A stretch of 64,000 bases of DNA, taken from the NCBI GenBank assembly GCA_963833225.1, contig CAWHXD010000008.1:96001-160000 (forward strand), in the 5' to 3' direction. This document shows positions 29,579 to 39,701 of this stretch, piece by piece. The translations under genes and the position numbers were made by a program. A model generated the notes under the pieces. That model was not told the origin of the DNA. It worked only from the letters and a program-made list of their open reading frames with translations, and searched no databases. How positions within the stretch are numbered: the first letter of the stretch is position 1; every line of letters begins with the position of its first letter. The DNA is from an uncultured Chloroflexia bacterium (lineage in GTDB: Bacteria > Chloroflexota > Limnocylindria > Limnocylindrales > CSP1-4).

Positions 29579-30958
29579 ATGACCGCCAGCAGCACCCCCG
29601 CTCCGACGCCCGGGTCGCCCGTCCCTGGATCACCGGCCCCGGCGTCGCCTGCGCGCCGTCGCAACCCGGTCGTCTCGTTCCTGATCTCGCCGGTGGATCC
29701 GGCCACGTGGCGAGCCGTGTTCGCGATCGGCTTCGGGTTCATCGTCTCGATCTTCGCGATCTCGATCGTGTCGGCGCTGTTCTCGATGGGCGGCTCGCTG
29801 CTCCTGTTCCTGGTGGGCTTCGTGTTCGTCGGCCTGGGGATCGAGTCGGCGCGCCTGGTTGCCCGGGTCGAGCGCTGGCGGATGAGCCTGGTGGACGACA
29901 CGAGGCCCCTGATCCCCCACCCCTACAAGTCGGCCGACGTATCGCCCAGCGAGCCCTACGGACCCTGGATCCGCAAGCTCGCCGACGCCGCGTTCCTGGA
30001 CACGAGCCGCTGGCTCGACGTTGCCTACGTGCTGATCTCGTTCCCGCTGGCGATGATCGAGTTCACGGTCGCGGTCCTGCTGTGGATGCTGACGGTCGTC
30101 TTCCTGCTGACCCCGCTCGCGCTGCTCCTGCCGCGCCCGGACTGGATCGTGACCAAATTCGGCAACGGTCCCGTCTCGCCCGAGGGTGTGCTCGCGATCC
30201 TGTTCCTCATCGGGCTGGGCCTGCTCCCGATCGCTGCCTCGACAACCCGGGGCATGGCGATCCTGCACCGGTACGTCGTGGAAGGCCTGCTGTGCATCAG
30301 CCCGGCGCAGGCCCTGCGGCGCGACAACGAGCGGCTCCGTGGCAGCCGTGCCGCGGCCATCGAGCTCGAGGCCAGCGAGCTGCGCCGGATCGAGCGCGAC
30401 CTGCACGACGGCGCCCAGCAGCGCCTGGTCATGCTCGCCATCGACCTCACGCTCGCCGAGGACAAGCTCGACACGGACCCTGCGGCCGCGCGCAACCTGA
30501 TCACGGGTGCCCGGGACCAGGCCCGCCAGGCGCTGGCCGAGCTGCGCGAGGTCGTCCGCGGCTCCGCGCCGGCCATCCTGCTCGACCGCGGGCTCGCCGC
30601 GGCCCTCTCGGCGGTCGCGGGGCGGAGCACGGTTCCCACGTACATCGACAGCGCGATGGCCCCCAATGAGCGACTCCCCCACGGCGTCGAGCGGGCGGCG
30701 TACTACGTCGTCACCGAGGCCCTGACCAACGTCGCCAAGCACGCCGGTGCACGCCGGTGCGACGTCGCCATCCGGCGCTCCCCCGGCTGGCTGCTGGTCG
30801 AGATCCGGGACGATGGCGCCGGCGGCGCCACCCTGCAGTCCGGCGGCGGGCTCGCCGGGCTGCGAGACCGGGTGGAGGCGCTGGACGGGCGGCTGGAGCT
30901 GATCAGCCCGGCCGGGGGACCGACCGTCCTGCGGGTCTGGATGCCCGTCCCGGCCTAG
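29579..30958 (+). CDS. Sensor histidine kinase (HisKA_3)
   Basis: TM sensor region, ERDLHDGAQQRL, EALTNVAKHA, DDGAGGA, GLAGLRDRV. Confidence 0.93.
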   Translation: MTASSTPAPTPGSPVPGSPAPASPARRRNPVVSFLISPVDPATWRAVFAIGFGFIVSIFAISIVSALFSMGGSLLLFLVGFVFVGLGIESARLVARVERWRMSLVDDTRPLIPHPYKSADVSPSEPYGPWIRKLADAAFLDTSRWLDVAYVLISFPLAMIEFTVAVLLWMLTVVFLLTPLALLLPRPDWIVTKFGNGPVSPEGVLAILFLIGLGLLPIAASTTRGMAILHRYVVEGLLCISPAQALRRDNERLRGSRAAAIELEASELRRIERDLHDGAQQRLVMLAIDLTLAEDKLDTDPAAARNLITGARDQARQALAELREVVRGSAPAILLDRGLAAALSAVAGRSTVPTYIDSAMAPNERLPHGVERAAYYVVTEALTNVAKHAGARRCDVAIRRSPGWLLVEIRDDGAGGATLQSGGGLAGLRDRVEALDGRLELISPAGGPTVLRVWMPVPA

Positions 30959-30986
30959 CGGGTCGACGGCCGGCCGCGCCGTCCCG

Positions 30987-31006
30987 TATACTAGAACACC
31001 TGTTCT
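30987..31006 (+). promoter_or_regulatory. -10 box with adjacent LexA (SOS) box
   Basis: TATACT at 30987-30992 immediately followed by AGAAC-ACCT-GTTCT at 30993-31006. Confidence 0.72.
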
Positions 31007-31026
31007 GTTCCCTCGGGAGACCGGCA

Positions 31027-31230
31027 ATGGCGGACTGGCTCGCGGACATCTCGACCGACCCCCGGCGCTTCCCGGTGGTCCATCACCGTCACGCCAACGG
31101 CACGCTCCGCGCGGAGCGGGACCGGACGCCGTCGGTGACCCTCGATCACGCGGGCCGCCGGGTGGAGCGCTGGACGTATGCCTGCGCCTGCGGCGAGCTG
31201 TACCTGTGGGACCGCCAGCCGACCCCATGA
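31027..31230 (+). CDS. Small His/Cys-containing hypothetical protein, probably SOS-induced
   Basis: GGGAG SD; MADWLADIS..HHRH..YACACGELYLW; 67 aa. Confidence 0.65.
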   Translation: MADWLADISTDPRRFPVVHHRHANGTLRAERDRTPSVTLDHAGRRVERWTYACACGELYLWDRQPTP

Positions 31231-31249
31231 GCGCTGGCGCCGCTGCCCA

Positions 31250-32755
31250 TCAGGCGGCCGGTGCCTCGCCTACCGGGCGCGGATCGGCGAGCTGGTGGCC
31301 GAGGCGGGCATCCGGCATCGTCCGCACGGCCACGATCCAGGCGGCGACCGCCGCGGCCGCCATCAGCCAGTAGGTCACGGTGAGGCCGCTCGCGAGGGCC
31401 GCGCGGCCCGCGTCCAGCTCCGCCGAGGACAGGCTGCCGCGCCGGAACGGATCGAGGATGGCCGATGAGGCGGTCCCGACGAACGCGGCCAGGATGCCGC
31501 CCATGAGCCCAACGCCGACGGCACCCCCGATCGTCCGGCTGAACTGCACCAGGCCCGTCGCGACGGCGCGCCGACCCCAGGCGACCGAGCCCTGGATGAT
31601 CACCAACAGTGTGGTCGACGAGAGCCCCATCCCGACGCCGGTGACCGCGCACGCCAGCGCCGCAAACCAGAGCCCGTCGATCCGGTCGAGCTGGGTGACG
31701 AGGAGCGCCCCGATGACGAGCATCGACGTCCCGCCGATCACGAGCGGCCTCGCGCCCACGCGGGCCAGCAGCCGGCCCGCCACGACAGATGCCAGCGGCC
31801 AGCCGATGGACATGGCGGCCACCGCTACGCCGGCCTCGAGCGGGGTGCCCAGGTGGACGCCTTGCACCATCGGCGGCACGAAGGTCGTCACCCCGAACAT
31901 CACGATGCCCGCGAGCGTGCCCACCAGGAGCCCGGCGCGGATCACGGGCGCCTTGAGGAGCTCAAGGTCCACGAGTGGATCCGGCGTCCGGCGAGCGTGA
32001 CGGACGAACCACGCGAGCAGTCCGATGGCCGCCGCCAGCATCGCCCCGACCTGCGGTGACACCCAGCCGAACAGGTCGCCACCCTCCGAGACGGCCACCA
32101 GCAACAGCACGATGCCACCGGTGAGGATGGCGGCGCCCATCCAGTCGATGCGCTGCGGGCGCCGCTCGGCGGTCTCGTGGAGCGCGAACCAGATGATCAG
32201 GCCTGCCAGGATCCCAACCGGCAGGTTGAGCTCGAACACCCACGGCCAGCCGATGGTCGAGGTGATCAGGCCGCCGATCGCCGGTCCGATGATGGCGGAC
32301 ACGCCCCACACGGCCGAGAACCACCCCTGCATCCGGGCGCGGCGTTCCGGCGAGAAGATGTCGCCGGCGATCGTGAACGAGATGGGCTGGACCGCCCCCG
32401 CCCCCAGGCCCTGGAGGGCCCGAAAGGCGATCAGCTGGGGCATGGAGACGGCAAACCCGCACAGCACGGAGCCCACGACGAACAGCGTGAGCCCCGCCAT
32501 GAACACGGGCTTGCGGCCATGGACATCGGCGAGGCGGGCGTAGATCGGGACGGTGGTCGTGGAGGTCAGCAGGTAGATCGAGAACACCCACGCGTACTCG
32601 GACAGGCCACCGAGCTGCCCGATGATGGTGGGCATCGCGGTCCCGACAACCGTCGAGTCCAGCGCCGCCAGCGCGATCGCGGACATGATCCCGACCGTGA
32701 CCAGGCGCTGCTCGCGGGTGAGCGGCGCCAGCGCCGCGGGGGGATGGGGGTTCAC
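31250..32755 (-). CDS. MFS drug:H+ antiporter (DHA2)
   Basis: LAALDSTVVGTAMPTI, LADVHGRK, RALQGLGAG, about 14 TM. Confidence 0.92.
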   Translation of the reverse strand: MNPHPPAALAPLTREQRLVTVGIMSAIALAALDSTVVGTAMPTIIGQLGGLSEYAWVFSIYLLTSTTTVPIYARLADVHGRKPVFMAGLTLFVVGSVLCGFAVSMPQLIAFRALQGLGAGAVQPISFTIAGDIFSPERRARMQGWFSAVWGVSAIIGPAIGGLITSTIGWPWVFELNLPVGILAGLIIWFALHETAERRPQRIDWMGAAILTGGIVLLLVAVSEGGDLFGWVSPQVGAMLAAAIGLLAWFVRHARRTPDPLVDLELLKAPVIRAGLLVGTLAGIVMFGVTTFVPPMVQGVHLGTPLEAGVAVAAMSIGWPLASVVAGRLLARVGARPLVIGGTSMLVIGALLVTQLDRIDGLWFAALACAVTGVGMGLSSTTLLVIIQGSVAWGRRAVATGLVQFSRTIGGAVGVGLMGGILAAFVGTASSAILDPFRRGSLSSAELDAGRAALASGLTVTYWLMAAAAVAAWIVAVRTMPDARLGHQLADPRPVGEAPAA

Positions 32756-32764
32756 CCCGCGAGT

Positions 32765-33430
32765 CTACGGGTGCCGCGGGATGCTCGCGCCCTCAGCCGA
32801 TCGTGGCTCGACAGGGTGTCGCAGCAGGGTCCTGAGCTTCTCCGGAGCCGATCGGCCCGGGATCCCCAGGTAGATCTCGTGGTGGTCGCCGCGGGGCCGC
32901 ATGCCGGCGGCCTCGATCGACGCGTGCAGCAGCTCGATCGTCGGGCGCTCAGCCGCGTATGGCCCCACGTGCAGGACCTGCGCGACCCGGCCCTCGGCCA
33001 GCTCGTCACGGCGCAGGCGATCCGCCACGCTGGGCTCCATCCTCGCCCGCCCGGCCGCCATCGCGGCCTCCAGCTCGGCCTCCGTGGCGGCACGAGGGAG
33101 GACGATCAGGAGCGTCCACCGCCAGCCGGAGCGATCGTGGTCGGCATCAAAGATCCCGTCCAGGTCAGTCGTCCCGTCCGCCGTCCGGTAGAGGCCCTCC
33201 ACGGGCCCGACCTTCTCCTCCACCCCGCGGCGCTTGAGCGCAAACCGCAGCGAGTAGGCCGCCGCGTACAGGCCGGGCACCAGGGGTGCGAACGCATCGG
33301 GGCCAACGGCGCCCTGGCCATCGACCATGACCGCACGCGCCGGCGGCAGGTCAAGCAACCGGATGACACCGGGCTTGCCCGCAAGCTCCGCGGCTCGATC
33401 CCGCGGTACCTCGAAGACGGGCTCCACCAT
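32765..33430 (-). CDS. GyrI-like small-molecule-binding protein
   Basis: PVEGLY, WRWTLLI, LHVGPYAAE, HHEIYL, KLRTLLRHPV. Confidence 0.85.
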   Translation of the reverse strand: MVEPVFEVPRDRAAELAGKPGVIRLLDLPPARAVMVDGQGAVGPDAFAPLVPGLYAAAYSLRFALKRRGVEEKVGPVEGLYRTADGTTDLDGIFDADHDRSGWRWTLLIVLPRAATEAELEAAMAAGRARMEPSVADRLRRDELAEGRVAQVLHVGPYAAERPTIELLHASIEAAGMRPRGDHHEIYLGIPGRSAPEKLRTLLRHPVEPRSAEGASIPRHP

Positions 33431-33480
33431 GGCCCGATGGTGCCGCAGCCGGCCGGCCTCCGACAGGGCCGACTGGAGTG

Positions 33481-33903
33481 TCAGCCTCCGGACGCCTGGG
33501 CCCGCATCGTGGGGCTCTCCTGGACGGACCAGCTGTTGCCGTCCGGGTCGTCGAAGAAGAAGAACGAGTTCCAGTCGTCGCCCTTGCCCTCGGCGAACCC
33601 CGTGCCGTCGTGGTGCTGGATCGCGCTGACGGGGACGCCGGCCGTCGCCAGCCGCTGGCGGGCTGCCTCGATGTCGGCGACGCACAGCTGGAGGCCCTTG
33701 AGCGAGCCCGGCGCCATGGCTGCGAGTCCCGTGCCAATGGTGATCGAGCAGCCGGAGCCCTCCGGCGTCAGCTGGACCACGCGGAAGTGCTCGTTCGGCG
33801 CGTGGTCCACGTCGACGGGAAAGCCGAGCTGGCCGGCGTAGAAGGCCTTGGCCCGGTCGACATCGGACACGGGTACCACCACGACCTCAAGCTTGAACTC
33901 CAT
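33481..33903 (-). CDS. VOC/glyoxalase family protein
   Basis: PVSDVDRAKAFY, QLTPEGSGCSI, FDDPDGNSW. Confidence 0.92.
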   Translation of the reverse strand: MEFKLEVVVVPVSDVDRAKAFYAGQLGFPVDVDHAPNEHFRVVQLTPEGSGCSITIGTGLAAMAPGSLKGLQLCVADIEAARQRLATAGVPVSAIQHHDGTGFAEGKGDDWNSFFFFDDPDGNSWSVQESPTMRAQASGG

Positions 33904-33936
33904 CCGGGTCTCCTCCTGGTGTCGCGATCGAGCGGG

Positions 33937-34431
33937 TCAGGCCTGGGCACGCAGGCGAGCGGCGAGCTCCTCGAGGCGCTGGAAACCCTCCTCCATGCCG
34001 CCGGTCATGCCGCTGGCAAGCATCCCGTCGCGGGCCTCGACGCTCTGGAAGGCTGAGGTCGTGCGGATGAGGGTCCGGGTCCCTCGCTCCACGAGGTCCA
34101 GCGTGTCCAGCGAGACGTGCCCCGGCTCGCCCAGGAACTCGAAGGTCTGGACGAGCCGGTCCGGCGACGGTTCGCCGTGGAAGATGCCTCGGAACACGTA
34201 CTCCGTGCCGTCCGTGTCCACGTGGACATACCGGTAGACGCCGCCGTGGCGGACGTCGTACGCCTCGACCCGCATCCTCAGCCGGCGGGGCCCGAGCCAC
34301 TGCGCGAGCAGTTCCGGCTCGGTGAACGCGCGGTATACGAGGTCCCGCGGGGCATCTACCTCGCGCTCAGTGATGATCAGGGTGCTCGCGGGTTCGGCGG
34401 TGACGTGGATGGCGGGGGTATCGGTGGTCAC
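33937..34431 (-). CDS. SRPBCC/AHSA1 domain protein
   Basis: REVDAPRDLVYRAFTEPELLAQWLGP, GMEEGFQRL. Confidence 0.9.
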   Translation of the reverse strand: MTTDTPAIHVTAEPASTLIITEREVDAPRDLVYRAFTEPELLAQWLGPRRLRMRVEAYDVRHGGVYRYVHVDTDGTEYVFRGIFHGEPSPDRLVQTFEFLGEPGHVSLDTLDLVERGTRTLIRTTSAFQSVEARDGMLASGMTGGMEEGFQRLEELAARLRAQA

Positions 34432-34832
34432 GGGACGCGTCCTTTCTCGCTTTGGTGGCTGGGGTGCTGATGGCGGCCGGGTTGGGACTGCAGGTCGTCG
34501 AGCAGCTCGTCGAGTCGCTCGAAGCTCTCCTCCCAGTACTCGCGATAGCCCACGAGCCAGGCGGCTGCCTCCCGGAGCGGCTCGGCGCGCAGGTGGCTGA
34601 GGCGCGCCGTCCCCCGCCGGGTCCTGATGATGAGCCCGGCATCCTCCAGCACGCGAAGGTGCTTGGAGACGGCCGGCTGCGAGATGGGGAGCGGGGCGCG
34701 CAGCTCCCCGACCGACCGCTCACCGTCGACGAGCCTTGCGAGGATGGCCCGTCGCGTCGGATCTGCCAGGGCGCCGAAGACCGAGCTGAGTGGGTCGGGC
34801 GAGTCCTTGATAACCGTGTGGTTATGGAGCAT
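34428..34832 (-). CDS. ArsR/SmtB family regulator
   Basis: FGALADPTRRAIL, ISQPAVSKHLRVLEDAGL; exact start uncertain. Confidence 0.9.
   Translation of the reverse strand: MLHNHTVIKDSPDPLSSVFGALADPTRRAILARLVDGERSVGELRAPLPISQPAVSKHLRVLEDAGLIIRTRRGTARLSHLRAEPLREAAAWLVGYREYWEESFERLDELLDDLQSQPGRHQHPSHQSEKGRVP
34810..34825. promoter_or_regulatory. ArsR operator palindrome
   Basis: ATAACC-GTGT-GGTTAT, same architecture as the palindrome at 7825-7842. Confidence 0.65.
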
Positions 34833-35124
34833 GACACCAGTGAAGCGCATTGCAGCGGTTGCTGTCAACCCCGCTGACGCCCGTGGCAGTCCGGGACTGC
34901 CAGTCGCAGCAACGGCCGGTTTCGGGTCAATCTGGGGTGCCCCAGTCCCGGGCGAGCGCAACGCACGCCGGAGTTCCCATCCACTCGGGGACCACGGAGC
35001 CCCGAACTGAGGCTGGACCTTGGTGCGCTGGCGACTGCGAGACCCCGGACACGAGCGCTCCCGCGAGTCGCAGCGACCTGGGGCGGCGCGCCGTTCAGCG
35101 CCCGGCTCCGCTCCGGTCCGCGCC

Positions 35125-36363
35125 TCAGGGCAGCGGTTCACCCTTCGCGAACCGGACCATCAGGTCCGTGTAGCCCTCGATGCCGCGCTCGTAGCCGATC
35201 GCCCACCAGCCGGCGCCCGCCAGACCTCGCTCGTTTGCGAGGGCCAGCTTGGATGCCAGGGTCTCGGGCGAGTCCACGTACACGGCCTGCCACGTCCGCG
35301 CGTCCGCCGAGGCGCCGGGTTCGATCGAGGGCGCCCCAACCGATCCGTCGGAGCCCAGCAGGTAGACATCCACCTGCTCGACCTGGTCGTGAAACGGCAC
35401 CGCGCTGGGGTCACTCAACAGGTCCACGTGGCTGCGCGGGAACCAGGCCTCGCCTCGACCCGTGGACGGTGCGCCCACGACCGGTCCCGCGACCGGCCAC
35501 TCGACGCCGTACAGCGGCAGGCCGAGCAGGAGGCGTTCGGGCGGCACGCCGAGCAGCGCGTACATGTCGAGCGAGCTGCGGAGCGAGAGACGCTCCCCGT
35601 CGCTCCGGTCCAGCGGGGACGTCGCCCCCGGTTGCGAGCGACCGGTGCGGTAGTCGTAGCCCATCAGGAAGATGCGGTCCACGCCGGCGGACCCGGCGGC
35701 GGCGGCCATCGCCGCCCCCACGGAGTGCGCGCCCGTCGCAACCGAGACCTGGTCGCCCGGATCGGCGGCCACGACGGCCGCCCGGATGGCCACGAGGAAC
35801 GCCGCGTACGCGGGGAGGAGCGTCGCGTCCAGTGCCTCGATGTCCACGTTGATCCCGTCGAGGCCCAGCTCGCCCACGAGGCCCACCAGTCCCGCGATCA
35901 CGGCCGTCTGCATCTCCGGTCGCCCGAGCAGCTTGCGGTTGCGACTCGCGCCGAAGCTGGTGTACACGAGCTCCACCCGCGTCCCACGATCGTGGGCCTC
36001 GTCGATCAGCCGGCGCCCCACGTCCCCGGTGATCAGGGCATAGCCCTGCTGCCGGGTGTTGAGGGCCCCCTTGCTCGTGTGCGTGACGCTGAACAGCGCG
36101 AGGGTCGTGAGCGGCGTGTGCGACAGGTGGTCGGCGATGGCCTCGTCGTCCATCTCCCAGTACGGGAGGTACCCATAGAGCTCGTGGCCCGGCTTCGGGA
36201 CGACGGCGGGGGGCGGTGCCGTCGCCCCCGGCTCGCGGCTCGGGGCCAGGGAGCCCGACGCGCTTGGCCCCGCGGTCAGGCGCGGGTCGCTTCCACACGC
36301 CATGAGCACGACGGCCAGCAGCAGCGCGGTTGTCCTGGTGAGAACGTGGATCGAGCTTGGCAC
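35125..36363 (-). CDS. GH18 glycoside hydrolase lipoprotein
   Basis: Lipobox LMAC, catalytic DGINVDIE, LMGYDY, LLGLPLYG, GAGWWAIG. Confidence 0.88.
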   Translation of the reverse strand: MPSSIHVLTRTTALLLAVVLMACGSDPRLTAGPSASGSLAPSREPGATAPPPAVVPKPGHELYGYLPYWEMDDEAIADHLSHTPLTTLALFSVTHTSKGALNTRQQGYALITGDVGRRLIDEAHDRGTRVELVYTSFGASRNRKLLGRPEMQTAVIAGLVGLVGELGLDGINVDIEALDATLLPAYAAFLVAIRAAVVAADPGDQVSVATGAHSVGAAMAAAAGSAGVDRIFLMGYDYRTGRSQPGATSPLDRSDGERLSLRSSLDMYALLGVPPERLLLGLPLYGVEWPVAGPVVGAPSTGRGEAWFPRSHVDLLSDPSAVPFHDQVEQVDVYLLGSDGSVGAPSIEPGASADARTWQAVYVDSPETLASKLALANERGLAGAGWWAIGYERGIEGYTDLMVRFAKGEPLP

Positions 36364-36522
36364 GGGCTGAGGGTGCGGCCGCGCCGCCGTCCGGTCAAAT
36401 GGTGGTACGTGCTCGCGACAGCCGCGTGTTCAGAACGCAACCGGAACCTCACCTGGGACCCTTGACGCCGTCAGCCGGGAGATGGACGATCGTTGACGGA
36501 ACGACGCCAGGGGATCGACGCC

Positions 36523-36756
36523 ATGACAGTCCAAGCGGCGAATTCAGGACGTTCCCCGGGGCCGGTGAGCCTCGAGCGACGCGCCATGGCCCTCTGGCCG
36601 CGGCTTGATCGCGCGGCGCTCCGCCGCTGCCACCAGGATCCCGGCAAGATCGCTGCGCTGATCTCGAGGCGGACCTCGCTGTCCCCCGAGACCATCAAGC
36701 AGGTCCTGCTCATGCCGGCGGTCAGCGACGAGGAGGTCTCCACCTGGTTCGGCTGA
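36523..36756 (+). CDS. Small hypothetical protein (possibly CsbD-like fold)
   Basis: ALWPRLDRAAL..KIAALISRRTSLSPETIKQVL. Confidence 0.6.
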   Translation: MTVQAANSGRSPGPVSLERRAMALWPRLDRAALRRCHQDPGKIAALISRRTSLSPETIKQVLLMPAVSDEEVSTWFG

Positions 36757-36770
36757 CCAGCTCACCGGGG

Positions 36771-38498
36771 TCAGCCCGTGCCTGACTCGAACTGGAGACG
36801 GTACAGCCGCGCGTAGAGACCGCCCGCGTCCAGCAGCTCCCCGTGACTTCCCAGCTCCACCAGCCAGCCGTCATCGAGCACCGCGATCCGCGTTGCCGCC
36901 CGGATCGTGGACAGCCGGTGGGCCACGATCACCGTGGTCCGTCCCACCTTGAGCCGGTCGAGGGCCTCCTGGACCAGGCGTTCCGACTCGTTGTCCAGCG
37001 AGCTCGTCGCCTCGTCGAGCAACAGGATGGGTGGGTCCTTGAGGATCGCGCGGGCGATCGCGATCCGCTGGCGCTGCCCGCCGGACAGCCGTGAGCCGCG
37101 ATCGCCGACCGGCGTCGCGTACCCGCCCGGCATCGCCGTGATGAACTCGTGGGCATTGGCGGCGCGAGCGGCCGCCTCGATCTCCGCGTCGCTGGCGTCG
37201 AGCCGCCCGTACCGGATGTTGTCGTGGACGGTTCCCCCGAACAGGACGGCCTCCTGGGGCACGAGGCCGATCTGCGAACGCAGGCTGGCGGCCGTGACCT
37301 CGCGGACATCGGTGCCGTCGACGCGGATCGCGCCCCGCGTCACGTCCCACAGCCGCGGGAGGAGCGACACCAGCGTCGTCTTGCCCGCGCCCGACGGGCC
37401 GACCAGCGCGAGGACCTCGCCGGCCGGGATCTCGAGGCTGACATCGCGGATGACCTCGGTCACGCCGTCGTACGCGAACGACACGTGGTCCAGGCTGACC
37501 GCACCGCGCACGCGGGGCAGCGCGACGGCTCCGGGCGCGTCGCGGATGGTGGGCTCCATGTCCAGGATCTCGAACACGCGCGCCACGGCACCGGTGCCTT
37601 CCCGGAACTGCCCGTACAGGCCCGCGATGCTGGCCAGGCTGCCGCCGATCGCCACGCCGTAGAGCAGGAACCCGGTGAGGGTTCCGATCGAGAGGCTGCC
37701 GTCGATCACGCGGTGCCCCGTGTACCACAGGAGCACGGCGATGGCGCCGAACCCCAGGAAGCCCATCATGGCCCCGAAGCCGGCCCGCCACAGCGCCAGA
37801 CGCGAGCCCTGGGCCACCACGCCGCCGAGGTTCGTCCCATACCGATCGGTCTCGAAGCCCTCACGGACGTAGCTCTTGACCACCCGGATGCCGCCCAGCG
37901 CCTCCTCGGCGGTCACCGTGCTGTGGGCGATCGCGTCCTGGACCTGCGTGGCAACCCGCTGGAGCGGACGGCCGAACACGATCGCCACGACGATCAGCGC
38001 CGGGGCGAGGAGCAGGGCCACCAGCAGCAGCGTGGGGCTGAGGGTGAACAGGATCGCGACCGAGCCCACCAGGCCGATCACCGACGACAGCAGCGAGGTC
38101 GTCGTCTGGGTCAGCATCGTGCGCACGAGGGTCACGTCACTGGACAGGCGTGAGACCAGCTCCCCCACCCGGCTGCGCGCGTGGAAGTCGAGCGACAGCG
38201 TCACCAGCCGCTCGAACAGCTCGCCGCGCAGCTGGGCGACGATCCGCTCCCCCACCACGCCCAGCAGCCAGGTCTGGACAAAGCCGCCCGCCGACTGGGC
38301 CAGGAACAGGACCACGAGCCCGCCGATCAGCCGGTCCAGGCCGGCGCCATCGCCGCCCGCCACGACCTGCGTCACGAGGCCCGCGACGACCAGCGGGACG
38401 AGGAGGCCGAGCCCGGACCCCAGCACCAGGCCCACCAGCGCGACCGAGAACGGGCGAAGGTGCGGCCGCAGGTACCGGAACAGGCGGCGCCAGGGCAC
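36771..38498 (-). CDS. ABC exporter, fused TMD-NBD (MsbA-like)
   Basis: GPSGAGKTT, LSGGQRQR, LLLDEATSSLD, VAHRLST. Confidence 0.93.
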   Translation of the reverse strand: MPWRRLFRYLRPHLRPFSVALVGLVLGSGLGLLVPLVVAGLVTQVVAGGDGAGLDRLIGGLVVLFLAQSAGGFVQTWLLGVVGERIVAQLRGELFERLVTLSLDFHARSRVGELVSRLSSDVTLVRTMLTQTTTSLLSSVIGLVGSVAILFTLSPTLLLVALLLAPALIVVAIVFGRPLQRVATQVQDAIAHSTVTAEEALGGIRVVKSYVREGFETDRYGTNLGGVVAQGSRLALWRAGFGAMMGFLGFGAIAVLLWYTGHRVIDGSLSIGTLTGFLLYGVAIGGSLASIAGLYGQFREGTGAVARVFEILDMEPTIRDAPGAVALPRVRGAVSLDHVSFAYDGVTEVIRDVSLEIPAGEVLALVGPSGAGKTTLVSLLPRLWDVTRGAIRVDGTDVREVTAASLRSQIGLVPQEAVLFGGTVHDNIRYGRLDASDAEIEAAARAANAHEFITAMPGGYATPVGDRGSRLSGGQRQRIAIARAILKDPPILLLDEATSSLDNESERLVQEALDRLKVGRTTVIVAHRLSTIRAATRIAVLDDGWLVELGSHGELLDAGGLYARLYRLQFESGTG

Positions 38499-38612
38499 GC
38501 CGCCGCCTGCCGAGCGCGCGGCGTGCCATCTCGCGCGGCGATGCGCGCGTCGACGCCGGGGGTTCCATGCCGGCGATCATGCCATGGGAGGCCGCGCGGG
38601 CCTCCCAGGCTG

Positions 38613-39545
38613 TCAGCCGCGGACCGAGGCCATGATCGCGGCGGCGCCGGCGTGGTCGGCGAACGAGGCCTGGGTGCCCGGACGCGTGACGCTGTCAGCC
38701 GCGAACGCGCACCCCAGCCGCGCGGCGTCCACCGCGTCCCATCCCTCGGCAAGCCCGACGGCGAAGGCGCCGACGAACGCGTCGCCCGCCCCCGTGGTGT
38801 CCGTCGCCGTGACCGGGCCGGCCGCCACCCGGGTGACGTCGCCCGCCGCGCGGGAGGACCGCGGCACCACGCTCGCCGAGGGTCACGAGGAACGAGACGC
38901 CGAGGCGCCCGGCGAGCGCCGTGATCAGCACGTCCTCCGCGGCCTCATCGCCGTCGAGCGTGCCCCCGCCGATGAGCGCGAACTCGTGCTCGTTGGGCAC
39001 CAGCCAGTCGGTGGCGGCGAGGAGCGCCGGGATCCAGGTCGTCGGCGGGTGCCGGGTTGAGCACGGTGGTGATCCGCCGGGCGCGCGCCGCCGCGAACGC
39101 GGCCGCGGTGACCCCCTGGGGGATCTCGAACTGGCCCACGACCACCGCGGGTGCGAGGGCCTCCACGGCCTCGACCGCGAGCGCCGCCGGAACGTGGCGG
39201 TTCGCGCCGGGGACGATGATGATCCGGTTCATCCCCGCGCCGTCCACCCAGATCGGCGCCACGCCCGATGACCCGGGAACGCGTCGCACGAACGTGGTGT
39301 CCACGCCCTGCTCCGCGAAGTTGGCCAGGGTCTCCGCCCCGTACGAGTCCTCGCCAACGGTGTTGACCATGGACACCCGGGCGCCGAAGCCGCGCGGCCG
39401 CCACGGCCTGGTTGGCGCCCTTGCCGCCAAAGCCCATCCGGAAGTCCGTGCCCACCAGCGTCTCGCCCGCCTCGGGCAGACGGTCCGCGTAGGCGATCAG
39501 GTCGATCATGGTGCTGCCGACGACGAGGATGGACGGATTCGGCAT
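38613..39545 (-). pseudogene. rbsK: Ribokinase split by about three frameshifts (possibly sequencing indels)
   Basis: [41 protein letters not shown] and DTTGAGDAF lie across frames; shifts near 39395, 39020 and 38850. Confidence 0.85.
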
Positions 39546-39701
39546 TGGTTCCCCTGTGTTGCGAAGGGATGGGGTCCGGCCCCAGAATGGTCGCGTGTCG
39601 GACGCTTCGATGCTGGCCGTTCGTGCACGTCGTCTTGATCGCGACGCCGGCCCGCGAGGAGCGTGATCGAGCTGCGGCTCGAGCCCAGGAGCCGAACCAG
39701 C

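Noticed and set aside
34850-35120. Hairpin-rich intergenic region (TGGCAGTC/GACTGCCA)
   Set aside because: No recognisable RNA family, repeat copy or promoter; insufficient support.
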